Positions 36,981 to 46,752 are shown, counted from the first letter of the stretch. The stretch is DNA of 64,000 nt from an uncultured Actinomycetota bacterium (GCA_963718235.1 CAVQYR010000001.1:1344001-1408000), one strand, 5' to 3'. Numbers and translations are program-made. The notes: generated by a model from the sequence alone, not told the origin.

Positions 36981-37016
36981 ACCAGCGGTCGTAGGTTCGA
37001 TCCCTACTGCGCCCAC
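36981..37016 (+). repeat. att direct repeat (duplicated 3' half of tRNA-Val)
   Basis: accagcggtcgtaggttcgatccctactgcgcccac identical to 34890-34925; extends 7 bp upstream with 2 mismatches (cttacgg vs cttacaa). Confidence 0.95.
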
Positions 37017-37065
37017 GCTCTGGCCGCGTGAGGCGACCCATGACACGCTGCTGCCGTTGGTGCGG

Positions 37066-37161
37066 TCAGTCCTTACGGCGCATCGCGGTCACCAGGCCCC
37101 AGACGATGCTGACGACGAAGCCGATCACGACCAGACCAACCAGCAGCCACACAAGGTTCAT
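37066..37161 (-). CDS. Putative 31-aa single-pass membrane microprotein
   Basis: MNLVWLLVGLVVIGFVVSIVWGLVTAMRRKD; GC3-biased codons; TACCCT 7 nt upstream suggests a leaderless transcript. Confidence 0.45.
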   Translation of the reverse strand: MNLVWLLVGLVVIGFVVSIVWGLVTAMRRKD

Positions 37162-37217
37162 GACGGACAGGGTACCGAGCAGCTGCTCACACGGCCGGGA
37201 TGGGGCCGCTGGCTGGG

Positions 37218-37520
37218 TCAGCCGTAGCTTGCGTTGACCGTACGTCGCGTCAGGCCCACCCACGCCAGGAGCGCCGACGTGGTCATCATCAGCACGATGG
37301 ACGTCCGGGTCGCCGACGTCCATCGTGCTCGGCCGTCGCGTCACCGGCTCGATCAGGTGCCCGGCGATGCTCACGAACCCGATCGATGCGGCGACAGCGG
37401 CGGGAAGCGAACCGACGTTGCGCGCATGCCGGGCGGCGACTGCTGCCGCCACCGGCATGTACCAAGGTGGAGCAATCCCTGCACCCCACCCCACCGCGAG
37501 TGCTGTCGGGTCGTGCCCAT
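37218..37520 (-). pseudogene. Possible decayed membrane-protein gene
   Basis: Hydrophobic segments in two frames (ALAVGWGAGIAPPWY...GHLIEPVT; WTSATRTSIVLMMTTSALLAWVGL) joined by a frame change at a perfect inverted repeat. Boundaries approximate. Confidence 0.3.
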
Positions 37521-37692
37521 CATGCGCGCTGGGCGTTCCGAGACCGTTTACGACCGCCCCCGGGCGGAGCCTTGGAGCGTCTTTCGTGGCTCTCGGCCCG
37601 GCCCTTCGCCTCTGCCGGAGGTGGTCACCGGGGGGGCACAGTGGTAGCAGTGCGGGGGCGCTCCGCCTCCGTGAACGGCCTCCAAGGAGGTC

Positions 37693-39189
37693 ATGGCCAT
37701 GACACTGCTCGACCGCCCCCCGACTCCGGAAACGCTCGCTGGGGAACCCCCTGTTCTCACCCACACGCCCGCTCCTGCTCCCGCCGCCGAGGAGGGCGCC
37801 AAGATCGGACTGCCAGGTGCAACGGCACTGGTGATCGGGTCGATCATCGGGACCGGCATCTTCACCGTCCCGGCGGCTCTCGCCGGATTCGGCACGATCG
37901 GCATCCTGGCCTTCGTGGTCGTGAGCATCGGCGCGATCTTCCTCGCGATCATGTACGGCTCACTGTCCAAGCGACGTCCCGAGGCCGGCGGCCCCTACGC
38001 CTACGCCCGTGACGCCTTCGGCGAGTTCGCCGGCTTCACGAACGCCTGGTCCTACTGGCTCACTTCCTGGGCCGGGAACGCGGCGCTCGTGACCGGCTGG
38101 GTCCTGTACGTCGTGGTCTTCTTCGACGGTGCCTTCGGCTGGACGCTCTCGAGCACCGCGTGGCTCGTCACCTTCGCCATGGTCGGACTGTGGGTCCCGG
38201 CGATCGTGAACCTGCTCGGTATTCGTCAGATGGACTGGTTCCAGGTGTTCACGACGGTGGCGAAGTTCGTGCCGCTCGCCTTTGTGGCGACTGTCGGCCT
38301 GTTCTTCATGTCGGCAGACAACTTCGGTCCGTTCAACGTCAGTGGCGACAACTGGTTCGGCGCTATTAGTTCCGCCGGTGTGGTCGTGCTGTTCGCCTTC
38401 CTCGGCGTCGAGGCTGCGTCCATCGCGGCCGGCCGGGTCCGAAACCCCGACCGTAACGTGCCGCGCGCGACCATCATCGGGACTCTCGCCAGCGCCCTGG
38501 TGTACGTCCTGTGCACCGTGGCCATCTTCGGCGTCGTCGGGCCGAAGGCTCTGGCCGAGAGCACCGCCGTAGGCGCCCCGTTCGTCGACACTTTCGCGGT
38601 GATCCTGGGCAGCTCCAGCTTCGGCTGGGCCGTTGCTCTGGTCGCCGTCGTCTCCGGTATCGGGGCGCTGAACGGCTGGACGATGATCTGCGCCGAGATG
38701 CCGTATGCGGCGGCACGCGACCGAGTCTTCCCGAAGGCCTTCGCCTGGACGACGAAGCAGGATGTGCCCTGGTTCGCAATCGTGAGCGGAGCTGCCCTAG
38801 CCAGCGCCGCCGCCATCTTCAGCTACAGCGGAGAGGGCGGGCTCAACGCCTTCCTCACCCTGGTCTACCTGACCGGCGTGACCGCGGCGATCCCGTACTT
38901 CTTCTCCGCGCTGGCCCAGGTGTACTTCGTGTTCACCGACCCGCAGCGGGTCAGTCCCGGACGTCTGGTCCTCGACACGTTCGTGGCCATCATGGCCGGT
39001 CTCTTCTCGCTGTGGTTCGTCTACGGGTCCGGATCTGACGCGACCTACTGGGCATTCCTCATGATCCTGGCCGGGTTCGCCGTCTACGCGGTGATGAAGA
39101 TCCTCGACCACCGCCGCATCCCCGACCGACTCGCGAGCGAACCGGCGCCAACGCGCCCGAGCCCGATCGAGCAGGCCGTCACCCGGTAG
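37693..39189 (+). CDS. APC-family amino acid/polyamine permease
   Basis: GSIIGTGIFTVP, GGPYAYARDAFG, AFLGVEAAS, RNPDRNVPRA; about 12 TM segments; AAGGAGG RBS. Confidence 0.92.
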   Translation: MAMTLLDRPPTPETLAGEPPVLTHTPAPAPAAEEGAKIGLPGATALVIGSIIGTGIFTVPAALAGFGTIGILAFVVVSIGAIFLAIMYGSLSKRRPEAGGPYAYARDAFGEFAGFTNAWSYWLTSWAGNAALVTGWVLYVVVFFDGAFGWTLSSTAWLVTFAMVGLWVPAIVNLLGIRQMDWFQVFTTVAKFVPLAFVATVGLFFMSADNFGPFNVSGDNWFGAISSAGVVVLFAFLGVEAASIAAGRVRNPDRNVPRATIIGTLASALVYVLCTVAIFGVVGPKALAESTAVGAPFVDTFAVILGSSSFGWAVALVAVVSGIGALNGWTMICAEMPYAAARDRVFPKAFAWTTKQDVPWFAIVSGAALASAAAIFSYSGEGGLNAFLTLVYLTGVTAAIPYFFSALAQVYFVFTDPQRVSPGRLVLDTFVAIMAGLFSLWFVYGSGSDATYWAFLMILAGFAVYAVMKILDHRRIPDRLASEPAPTRPSPIEQAVTR

Positions 39190-39194
39190 TCGCA

Positions 39195-39228
39195 GATGCG
39201 GGACGCTCCGAGGGGAGCGTCCCGCATC
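39195..39228. terminator. Bidirectional terminator hairpin
   Basis: Perfect 15-bp stem gatgcgggacgctcc-gagg-ggagcgtcccgcatc between convergent genes. Confidence 0.75.
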
Positions 39229-39257
39229 GCTGCGCCCCCATGCGGACAGCCGAGCCT

Positions 39258-39542
39258 TCAGACCGTCTGCCACTCACCGTCGATCCACTCCGGCTCGCCA
39301 TCGAGGAGCGGAGCGACCTGCGTGGTCCACCACTCGTTCTGGCCGGGATCGTCGGCGAGCTTCTGGTACGCCTCCTTGGACTCGAACCGCACCGCCATGA
39401 CGACCCGTCCGTCGTCTGCGGTCATGACCCACTGGTCGACGTAGCCGACCGACGGGCCGCGCTCGGTCGTCCACCGCCGGGAGGACTCCCTGAGCTGGTC
39501 GGTTGAAACCGTGGTTCGGGCGATCATCACTGTTCCGTACAT
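39258..39542 (-). CDS. Small ABM-like (dimeric alpha/beta barrel) hypothetical protein
   Basis: MYGTV...VMAVRFESKEAYQKLADDPGQNEWW...EPEWIDGEW; AGGAGG RBS. Confidence 0.7.
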   Translation of the reverse strand: MYGTVMIARTTVSTDQLRESSRRWTTERGPSVGYVDQWVMTADDGRVVMAVRFESKEAYQKLADDPGQNEWWTTQVAPLLDGEPEWIDGEWQTV

Positions 39543-39630
39543 GGCGCCTCCTGTTCCACCGTCGGTCGGTGGAATGCGGGCCGCGGGAGCGGCCGGGCGG
39601 CCACGGGTGGTGGCCGTTAGGGTGCCTGAC

Positions 39631-40788
39631 GTGACTGAGGGGCCCATGCTCGGCGACATCCTGGCCGTGTTCGACGCGCAGTACCCGCCTGCCACCGCCG
39701 AGCCATGGGACGCCGTCGGCCTCGTCTGCGGCGACCCTCTGCGCACGGTACGCCGGGTTCTGTTCGCCGTCGACCCCGATCCGCGGGTCGTTGCCGAGGC
39801 GCTGGCCTGGCGGGCCGACCTCGTCGTGGCCCACCACCCGCTGCTTCTCCGCCCGGTCCACGGCGTGCCGTCCAGCACGGCGAAGGGTCGGGTGGTCACC
39901 GATCTGATCGAAGGGCGCTGCGCCCTCTTCACCGCGCACACGAACGCCGACGTGGCGGCGGGCGGTGTCAGCGACGCTCTGGCCGACGTCCTAGGCCTGG
40001 ACGACACCCAGCCGCTCACCGCGCACGAGGACGCGCAGCTGGCGATCGCGACGTTCGTGCCTCCGGCTGCGGCGCAGCGCGTGATCGACGCCATGGCTGA
40101 CGCGGGAGCCGGGACGGTCGGCGACTACAGCCGGTGCGCCTGGAGTGTCGCGGGGACGGGGCAGTTCCTGCCCGGGGACGGCGCACATCCGGTGATCGGG
40201 GAGCCCGGACGGCTGGAGACCACCGCCGAGGTGAGAGTGGAGATGGTGGCGCCGTGGGGCATGCGCGACCGGGTCGTTGCTGCCCTGGTCGACGCGCACC
40301 CCTACGAGGAGGTGACCCACTTCGACACGGTGCTCGCGCCGCGACCGGGGTCGACCGGGCTGGGCCGCGTGGGGTGGCTCGGCCAGCCGACCTCGCTGTC
40401 GGCGTTCGCCGAGCGGGTCGCACGGGCGCTGCCCCCGACCCCAGCGGGGGTCCGGGTCGCGGGTGACCCCGACCGGGTGGTCCACCGCGTCGCGGTCTGC
40501 GGGGGAGCGGGGGACAGCCTGCTGGGGGCCGCGGCCGATCGGGGCGCCGACGCCTTCGTCACGGCCGACCTGCGGCACCATCCGGCGTCGGAGCACCTGG
40601 GCGAGGGCACGCCGGCCCTGGTCGACCCCGGTCACTTCGCCAGCGAGTGGCCGTGGCTGCCGGTGGCGGCCAGGCGCCTGGCCGATGCACTTGCCGAGCT
40701 CGGCACTACGGTGGAGATCCGCGTGTCCACCCTCGTGACCGACCCGTGGACCTCACTGGTCACCGCCGTTCCAGAGGAGCAGCCCTGA
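39631..40788 (+). CDS. Nif3-like dinuclear metal center protein (DUF34/YbgI)
   Basis: AEPWDAVGL, HHPLLL, AHTNAD, AHPYEE, TADLRHH, GHFASE. Confidence 0.92.
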   Translation: MTEGPMLGDILAVFDAQYPPATAEPWDAVGLVCGDPLRTVRRVLFAVDPDPRVVAEALAWRADLVVAHHPLLLRPVHGVPSSTAKGRVVTDLIEGRCALFTAHTNADVAAGGVSDALADVLGLDDTQPLTAHEDAQLAIATFVPPAAAQRVIDAMADAGAGTVGDYSRCAWSVAGTGQFLPGDGAHPVIGEPGRLETTAEVRVEMVAPWGMRDRVVAALVDAHPYEEVTHFDTVLAPRPGSTGLGRVGWLGQPTSLSAFAERVARALPPTPAGVRVAGDPDRVVHRVAVCGGAGDSLLGAAADRGADAFVTADLRHHPASEHLGEGTPALVDPGHFASEWPWLPVAARRLADALAELGTTVEIRVSTLVTDPWTSLVTAVPEEQP

Positions 40789-41528
40789 ACGCCTCGCCCG
40801 CCGACCAGCAACGCCTGCTCGACCTGCAGACCATCGACTCCCAGATCGCCCAGCTGGCCCACCGGCGCTCCCGTCTGCCCGAGCTCGCCGAGCTCGACTC
40901 CTTGGCCGAGCAGCTGCGGGGCGTGGCCGACGACCTCGTCGGCGTGCAGACCGACAGGTCCGACGTCGCTCGCGAGGCCGGAAAGCTGGACCGTGACATC
41001 GAACAGGTGAGAGCGCGCGCCGACCGCGACCAGCAGCGGATGGACTCAGGCGCGGTCGGCTCGGCCAAGGAGCTGGAGAGCCTGCAGCACGAGATCACCT
41101 CGCTGCAGCGCAGGCAGAACGAGCTCGAGGATGCCGAGCTGGAGATCCTGCAGCGGGTCGAAGACCTGGACAACGCCGTCAACGGGCTCACCACGCGCCA
41201 GCAGGAGCTCAACGACCAGAAGACCGACGCCGAACGCCGTCGTGATGCCACATGGGCGGAGATCGACCGTGACACGGCACTGGCCCAGGAGCAGCGAGTG
41301 GGGGTCGTCACCGACGTCCCCGCTGAGCTCATGGCGCTGTACGAGAAGGTGCGCGAACAGCTCGGCGGCGTCGCGGTCGTCGCCCTGAGGCAACGACGGT
41401 GCGACGGCTGTCGGCTCGAGCTCAATGCCATCGAGCTCGGACGGTTCCGCGATGCTCCCGAGGACGCCGTCCTGCGGTGCGAGGAGTGCCGGCGGATCGT
41501 CGTGCGCACCGCGGAGTCCGGGCTGTAG
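40785..41528 (+). CDS. Coiled-coil protein with C4 zinc ribbon (DUF164/CdsZ-like)
   Basis: Long coiled coil then CDGC...CEEC; probable CTG start after a GAGGAG RBS, overlapping the Nif3 stop. Confidence 0.88.
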   Translation: MNASPADQQRLLDLQTIDSQIAQLAHRRSRLPELAELDSLAEQLRGVADDLVGVQTDRSDVAREAGKLDRDIEQVRARADRDQQRMDSGAVGSAKELESLQHEITSLQRRQNELEDAELEILQRVEDLDNAVNGLTTRQQELNDQKTDAERRRDATWAEIDRDTALAQEQRVGVVTDVPAELMALYEKVREQLGGVAVVALRQRRCDGCRLELNAIELGRFRDAPEDAVLRCEECRRIVVRTAESGL

Positions 41529-41537
41529 GGGGGAGGC

Positions 41538-42656
41538 GTGGCACGGCGACTGCGGGTCGAGGCTGACGGTGGTTCGAGAGGCAACCCTGGTCCGGCTGCC
41601 TACGGTGCGTTGGTGCGGGACCTCGAAACTGGCCAGGTGCTCGCGGAGAGTGCGGCCGAGATCGGGGTGGCGACCAACAACGTTGCCGAGTACCGCGGGC
41701 TGATCGCCGGCCTGCGAGCCGCACGTGCGATCGACCCCGACGCAGTCGTCGAGGTGGCGTTGGACTCCAAGCTCGTGGTCGAGCAGATGAGTGGTCGATG
41801 GAAGATCAAGCACGAAGGCATGCGTGGTCTGGCTCTCGAGGCACGCGAGGTGTTCTCGGCTTCGCAGGTGACCTACCAGTGGATTCCGCGCGAGCAGAAC
41901 AAGGACGCCGACCGACTGGTCAACGCGGCGTTGGACGGCACCTTGGACAAGCCGCGAACGAGGCGCCCGGTCAATGCCCTCGTCGGGTGGTCTCCCCCCT
42001 CCGAGTCAGCGACGACCACGTTGCTGCTGCGGCACGGTGAGACGGCGCACACGGCGGCCAAGAAGTTCAGTGGCTCCGGTGGCGACGACCCGGTGCTCTC
42101 TGACCGTGGGCGCTGGCAGGCCGAGCAGGCGGCCACCTACCTCGCCACTCACGGTGGGGTCGACGCGGTGATCACCTCACCGATGCGCCGTACCCGTGAG
42201 ACGGCGATGCTCGTGGCCGGCGCACTGGGCGCCGAGCTCGTCGTCGACGACGACATCCGTGAGGCCAGCTTCGGGGACTGGGACGGGTACACGTTCGCTG
42301 AGGTCACTGCCCGGTGGCCTGACGAGCTGTCGGCGTGGTTGGCGTCCACCGCCGTCCGTCCGCCGGGTGGTGAGTCCTTCGACGACGTGCTCGAGCGGGT
42401 CGAGGCCGCCCGCGACCGGATCGTGGCCGCCCATCAGGGCCGCAACGTGCTGCTGGTCACCCATGTGACGCCGGTGAAGACGCTGGTCCGGCTGGCTCTG
42501 GACGCACCGGCCCATGCCCTGTTCCGGATGGAGCTTCGCCCTGCGTCGCTGTCCACGGTGGTCTGGTTCGGCGACGGCAACGCGTCGTTGCGTGCCTTCA
42601 ACGACACCGCCCACCTGCGCGACGAGCCCACCGCGCACGCGCCCAACGCCGGCTGA
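41538..42656 (+). CDS. Bifunctional RNase HI / histidine phosphatase (CobC-like; Rv2228c-type)
   Basis: EADGGSRGNPGPA, TNNVAEYRGL, DSKLVVEQM in the N-terminal part; RHGET, SPMRRT, VTHVTP in the C-terminal part. Confidence 0.93.
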   Translation: MARRLRVEADGGSRGNPGPAAYGALVRDLETGQVLAESAAEIGVATNNVAEYRGLIAGLRAARAIDPDAVVEVALDSKLVVEQMSGRWKIKHEGMRGLALEAREVFSASQVTYQWIPREQNKDADRLVNAALDGTLDKPRTRRPVNALVGWSPPSESATTTLLLRHGETAHTAAKKFSGSGGDDPVLSDRGRWQAEQAATYLATHGGVDAVITSPMRRTRETAMLVAGALGAELVVDDDIREASFGDWDGYTFAEVTARWPDELSAWLASTAVRPPGGESFDDVLERVEAARDRIVAAHQGRNVLLVTHVTPVKTLVRLALDAPAHALFRMELRPASLSTVVWFGDGNASLRAFNDTAHLRDEPTAHAPNAG

Positions 42657-42675
42657 CCTCCCCCGCGCAGCTGAC

Positions 42676-43467
42676 TCACAGGGTGCGGACGACGACGTCG
42701 AGTCGGGCCGGGCGGCCAGGTTCCGGTGCGACGAGCTCGACGGCGCAGTCGGCCAGTGCCGCGCCGAGGGCCTCACCCAGGGCCGACAGCGTGCGGGGCG
42801 CACCTCCCGACCGGGCCAGCGCGGCGACCATCCGACCCTTCGTGGCCTTGTTGTGATGGCTGACGACCTTGACCGACCCGTCGGGACGGCGGTGCAGCAC
42901 TCGGGCCACGGCCGTGCGCTCGGCCACGTCCCCCTTGGGCACCCACATGGACGCGTAGGCGCTGGACCGCAGGTCGAGGACGACACCGCGACCGGCCGCC
43001 TCGGGCAGGACCACGTCGAGCGGGTCGCGCCACAGTGACGACACCTTTCCGAGCCGCGGCAGGGTCGCGTCCCCGCTCAGCCGGTAGGGCGGGATCTGGT
43101 CGTTCATCCGTACGGCGCCCCACAGTGCGGAGGTCACCACGACCCAGGCATCGACCCGACGTCTCGCCACGGCCGGCAAGGAGCGGTAGCCCAGCGCGTC
43201 GTAGAGCACCCCGGTGTACACCGATGACGCCCGTCCGGCTGGTGACGAGAGCAGGACGCGGTCGCGTTCGAGCTCGGCGTCCTGACGGGCACTGAGCCCC
43301 AGAACCCGACGAGCCCTGGCCGGGGAGCCGTGCGCCACCCGGTCCAGGGCCCGCACCACTGCTTCGCGGGTCGAGGTGAGTGACGGGAAGGACAAGGTTG
43401 CCAGGTCGACCGGCTCACCGGTGGCGACGACGGCCTTTCCCTCCGAGGGAGGCAGCAGGATCAGCAC
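42676..43467 (-). CDS. yaaA: Peroxide stress protein YaaA (UPF0246)
   Basis: LILLPPSEGK, YTGVLYDAL, SALWG, PYRL, DLRSSAY, SHHNKATKG. Confidence 0.88.
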   Translation of the reverse strand: MLILLPPSEGKAVVATGEPVDLATLSFPSLTSTREAVVRALDRVAHGSPARARRVLGLSARQDAELERDRVLLSSPAGRASSVYTGVLYDALGYRSLPAVARRRVDAWVVVTSALWGAVRMNDQIPPYRLSGDATLPRLGKVSSLWRDPLDVVLPEAAGRGVVLDLRSSAYASMWVPKGDVAERTAVARVLHRRPDGSVKVVSHHNKATKGRMVAALARSGGAPRTLSALGEALGAALADCAVELVAPEPGRPARLDVVVRTL

Positions 43468-43489
43468 GAACGCGTACCCTAGGGGGGCG

Positions 43490-43905
43490 ACGGACGAGTG
43501 CTCCGGGCGGCCGCGTCGGGCAGGGTGACCTGTCCGCCGAGGAAAGTCCGGGCTCCGAAGGGCAGGGTGGTGGGTAACTCCCACCCGGGGTGACCCGCGG
43601 GACAGTGCCACAGAGAACAAACCGCCGACCGGTTCGCCGGTCGGTAAGGGTGAAACGGTGGTGTAAGAGACCACCAGCACCGCAGGTGACTGCGGTGGCT
43701 CGGCAAACCCCACCCGGAGCAAGGTCAAGAAGGAGTCGGGCGCAGGCCCGGCCCCGCGCAGGCGTTCGAGGACGGCCCGTCCGAGCCTGCGGGTCGATCG
43801 CTAGACGGTGTCGGCAACGGCATCGCGAGAGGGATGGTCGCCCCTCGGACCAGCGCCGCAAGGCGGTCTGAGGACAGGACCCGGCTTACAGGGGCACTCG
43901 TCCGT
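43490..43905 (+). ncRNA. rnpB: RNase P RNA, bacterial type A
   Basis: GAGGAAAGTCCGGGCTCC, AGTGCCACAGA, GGGTGAAACGGTGGTGTAAGAGACCACC, GGCAAACCCCAC, GACAGGACCCGGCTTA; P1 helix ggacgagtgc/gcactcgtcc. Confidence 0.97.
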
Positions 43906-43937
43906 CGCCCCTCGGACCGCTGCGGCTGGTCGACTGA

Positions 43938-44402
43938 TCAGTCACGGTCCGGCATCAGGTGGTCGGCGACCACCTGCAGGCTGGCCCCGAGCTGGGCGAA
44001 CTGCTCGGGGGTCAGTCGGTCGACCAGGTGCTCGCGCACGCTGGCCACGTGGGACGGCGCCGCGGCGACGAGCCGTCGCAATCCCTCGTCGGTGAGGACG
44101 GCGAAGAAGCCCCGCCTGTCGTCGGTGCACTCCTGGCGACGGACCAGGCCCGCGCTCTCCATCCGGGTGATCTGGTGGGAGAGCCGGCTTTTGCTCGACA
44201 GGGTCACCTGCGCCAGCTCGGTCATCCGGAGCCGGCGCTCGGGAGACTCCGACAGGCGGACCAGGATCTCGTAGTCGGCCATGGTGAGGCCGTGGCTGCG
44301 CTGCAGGTCGCGCCCGAGCTGCTCGTGGAGCAGCAGCGAGGCGGTCAGGTAGGCCCGCCAGGATGCCTGCTCCTCGGCACTCAGCCAGCGGGGTTCGGCC
44401 AC
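43938..44402 (-). CDS. MarR family transcriptional regulator
   Basis: RWLSAEEQASWR, DYEILVRLSE, SKSRLSHQITRME, DDRRGFFAVLTDEG. Confidence 0.92.
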   Translation of the reverse strand: MAEPRWLSAEEQASWRAYLTASLLLHEQLGRDLQRSHGLTMADYEILVRLSESPERRLRMTELAQVTLSSKSRLSHQITRMESAGLVRRQECTDDRRGFFAVLTDEGLRRLVAAAPSHVASVREHLVDRLTPEQFAQLGASLQVVADHLMPDRD

Positions 44403-45772
44403 TCCTGAAGCGTAGTCCCCGCAGTCGGGTGCGCCGTCGAGGCGGTGGCGGAGTCCTGCCAGGCGCCGACCTGCCGGACGGTTGCGGCCAGGCAGACGCC
44501 GGAGCCGACGAGAAGCAGCGCGCTGAGCAGGTCCAGCGCGAACACGTTGGGCAGGAGCGGGCCGGTGAGGACGGAGACGACCAGCGAGGCGGCGAGGGCA
44601 CCCAGCCACCCGGTGACCAGCTGCGGGTTGGGCCGGGGGCTGTGCGGGTCGTTGCGGGTCTGGGGGTCGCTACCGTGCCAGAGGTCCTGGAGCACCTGCC
44701 ACCCGATGTACAGACCGGCCACCGGGATCAGCCACCCGAACACCGACCAGTTCGGGGACCAGCGCTGTTGGACGGGCGACAGCGTGGACACGTTGGCCCG
44801 CGCCCGGTGCACCCACATCAGGAAGACGACGATGGCCGCGATCCAGGCGGCGATGCTCGCGAAGGCGACCAGACCCCCCAGCAGGCCCAGCAGACCCGAC
44901 GTCCCGAGCGCTGCGTCGGGGTCCCCTCCGCTGAAGGCGGTCTCGACAGCACCGGCGAGACTGCGGATGGCCAGCCAGCTCACCACCAGGGCGATCAGCG
45001 AGAGCACCGGCCCGACGACGACCAGCGCCGTGGTGGGCAGGGTCAAGGGGGCCAGAGGGCTCGAGGAGCCGGCGGCCACCCACCACGAAGCGGGGACGTC
45101 GCCTGGTGCCTCGTGCCCCGTGTCCGTCTGCCCCGTGTCCGTCTGCCCCGTGTCCGTCTGCCCGTGTCCGTCGCGGGAGCGGCCGGCGCCTCGGCCGAAG
45201 CGGGGGGTACCGGGACCGGCTGGCTGACGGGCCTGGCGACACTTTCCTGCAGCGGGGCGCGCGTCACGCGCTCGGCCGTTCCTGGGGCGCCCGTCGAGCC
45301 GGCTCCACCGGACACCTGCTCCCAGGGGGCGGTGAGCGGGTCGACGACGGTCGCCGAGGCCATCACCAGCGTCGCTGGCTCGACCTCCGACGCGGCGTCT
45401 GACTCGACGTGCGACTTGACTGCTGACTGGGCCTCGGCCTGCGCGGGCGCCTCGGCCGCGACCTCCTCGACGGCGAGCTCGGCCTCGATCGGCTCGGGGT
45501 CGACCTCCGGTGCCGTCTGGCGCTGCACCAGGGAGGCCAGAGCGTCGAACTGGGCGTCGGCGTGGACCTCGGGGGCCTCGGCCTGGGCCGTGGTCTCCTG
45601 CTCGGGCTCGACCTCGGTTGCCGCGTCCAGGACCGGCTGCTCGTCACCGGGTGGGTAGGTCGCCCCCGCCGGCCAGCCGCACAGGGTGCAGCGTTGGGTC
45701 CCGGAGAGGAGGATCGCCGTACACCGCTCACAGGGGTTGGCCGACTGGGTCGCAGGCTTCTTGGCACGCATG
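44381..45772 (-). pseudogene. Zinc-ribbon / acidic linker / DUF4328 membrane protein, interrupted by a 1-bp frameshift in a tandem repeat
   Basis: N-part (CERC...CTLCG, E/A/P-rich) in ORF 45043..45852 and DUF4328 part (FLMWVHRARAN, WSVFGWLIPV, QDLW) in ORF 44381..45079 join in frame if one G is restored near 45162. Confidence 0.75.
45114..45172. repeat. 15-bp tandem repeat x4 (last unit 14 bp)
   Basis: tgccccgtgtccgtc x3 followed by tgcccgtgtccgtc. Confidence 0.95.
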
Positions 45773-45864
45773 AGGCCGGTATCGGCTGATCGGACGCCGA
45801 TCCTTACCGATCGCGGGCAGGCAAACCGGGATCGGTCACACTGTGTGACCAAGCCGGGCCGAGC

Positions 45865-46713
45865 CTAGGCGAGGGTCAGGATCTCCGCCCCGCTCTCGGT
45901 GACGAGCAGGGTGTGCTCGAACTGGGCTGTTCGTCTCTTGTCCCGGGTGACGACGGTCCACCCGTCGTCCCAGATGTCGTAGTCGATCTGCCCCAGGGTG
46001 AGCATCGGCTCGATCGTGAAAGTCATCCCGGTCTCCATGACGACGTCGAGCGTCGGGTCGTCGAAGTGGGGCACCACGAGCCCGGAGTGGAACGAGGTGC
46101 CGATGCCGTGGCCAGTGAAGTCGCGGACGACGCCGTAGCCGAAACGCCGCGCGTAGGCCTCGATGACTCTCCCGACCGCGTTGAGGGGGCGCCCGGGAGC
46201 GACCGCACGGATCCCGCGCATCATGGCTTCGTGGGTGCGCTCGATGAGCAGCGAGGACTCCTCGCTGATGTCGCCGACCGGGTAGGTGGCGTCGGTGTCG
46301 CCGTGCACGCCGTCGAGGAAGGCGGTGATGTCGACGTTGAGGATGTCGCCGTCGCGCAGCACGGTGTCATCGGGGATGCCGTGGCAGATCACCTCGTTCA
46401 GCGAGGTGCACAGGGACTTCGGGAACCCCCGGTAGCCCAGGGTCGACGGGTACGCGCCATGGTCGACCAGGAAGTCGTGACCGACGGCGTCGAGCTGGTC
46501 GGTGGTGACTCCTGGCCGGATCTGCTCAGCGACCGCCTCCAGCGCCTGAGCTGCCAGCTTCCCGGCGCGACGCATGCGTTCGATCGTCTCGGCGTCCTTG
46601 ACCTCGGGGCCCTCGTACGGTGTGGGTCGGCGCTTCCCGACGTACTCGGGGCGGGGAATCGACGCCGGCACCGACCGTTGGGCAGAGACGCGTCCGGGCG
46701 CGAGGGGCGACAT
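45865..46713 (-). CDS. map: Methionine aminopeptidase type I
   Basis: [53 protein letters not shown]. Confidence 0.96.
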   Translation of the reverse strand: MSPLAPGRVSAQRSVPASIPRPEYVGKRRPTPYEGPEVKDAETIERMRRAGKLAAQALEAVAEQIRPGVTTDQLDAVGHDFLVDHGAYPSTLGYRGFPKSLCTSLNEVICHGIPDDTVLRDGDILNVDITAFLDGVHGDTDATYPVGDISEESSLLIERTHEAMMRGIRAVAPGRPLNAVGRVIEAYARRFGYGVVRDFTGHGIGTSFHSGLVVPHFDDPTLDVVMETGMTFTIEPMLTLGQIDYDIWDDGWTVVTRDKRRTAQFEHTLLVTESGAEILTLA

Positions 46714-46752
46714 GATGGGGGAGTCTAGAGCCAGCGATTCCGGAGGTGCGCC

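Larger units (their letters stand above)
34890..37016. mobile_element. Minimal integrative element (~2.1 kb) inserted in tRNA-Val
   Basis: Flanked by identical 36-bp direct repeats (34890-34925 and 36981-37016); encodes a tyrosine integrase next to the tRNA and one cargo gene. Confidence 0.9.

Noticed and set aside
36974-37016. Second tRNA gene
   Set aside because: Only the 3' half is present (no D arm or 5' acceptor strand); it is the att duplication.
43468-43728. N-terminal extension of YaaA and small ORFs across 43380-43871
   Set aside because: They overlap the RNase P RNA gene and are spurious translations of rnpB.
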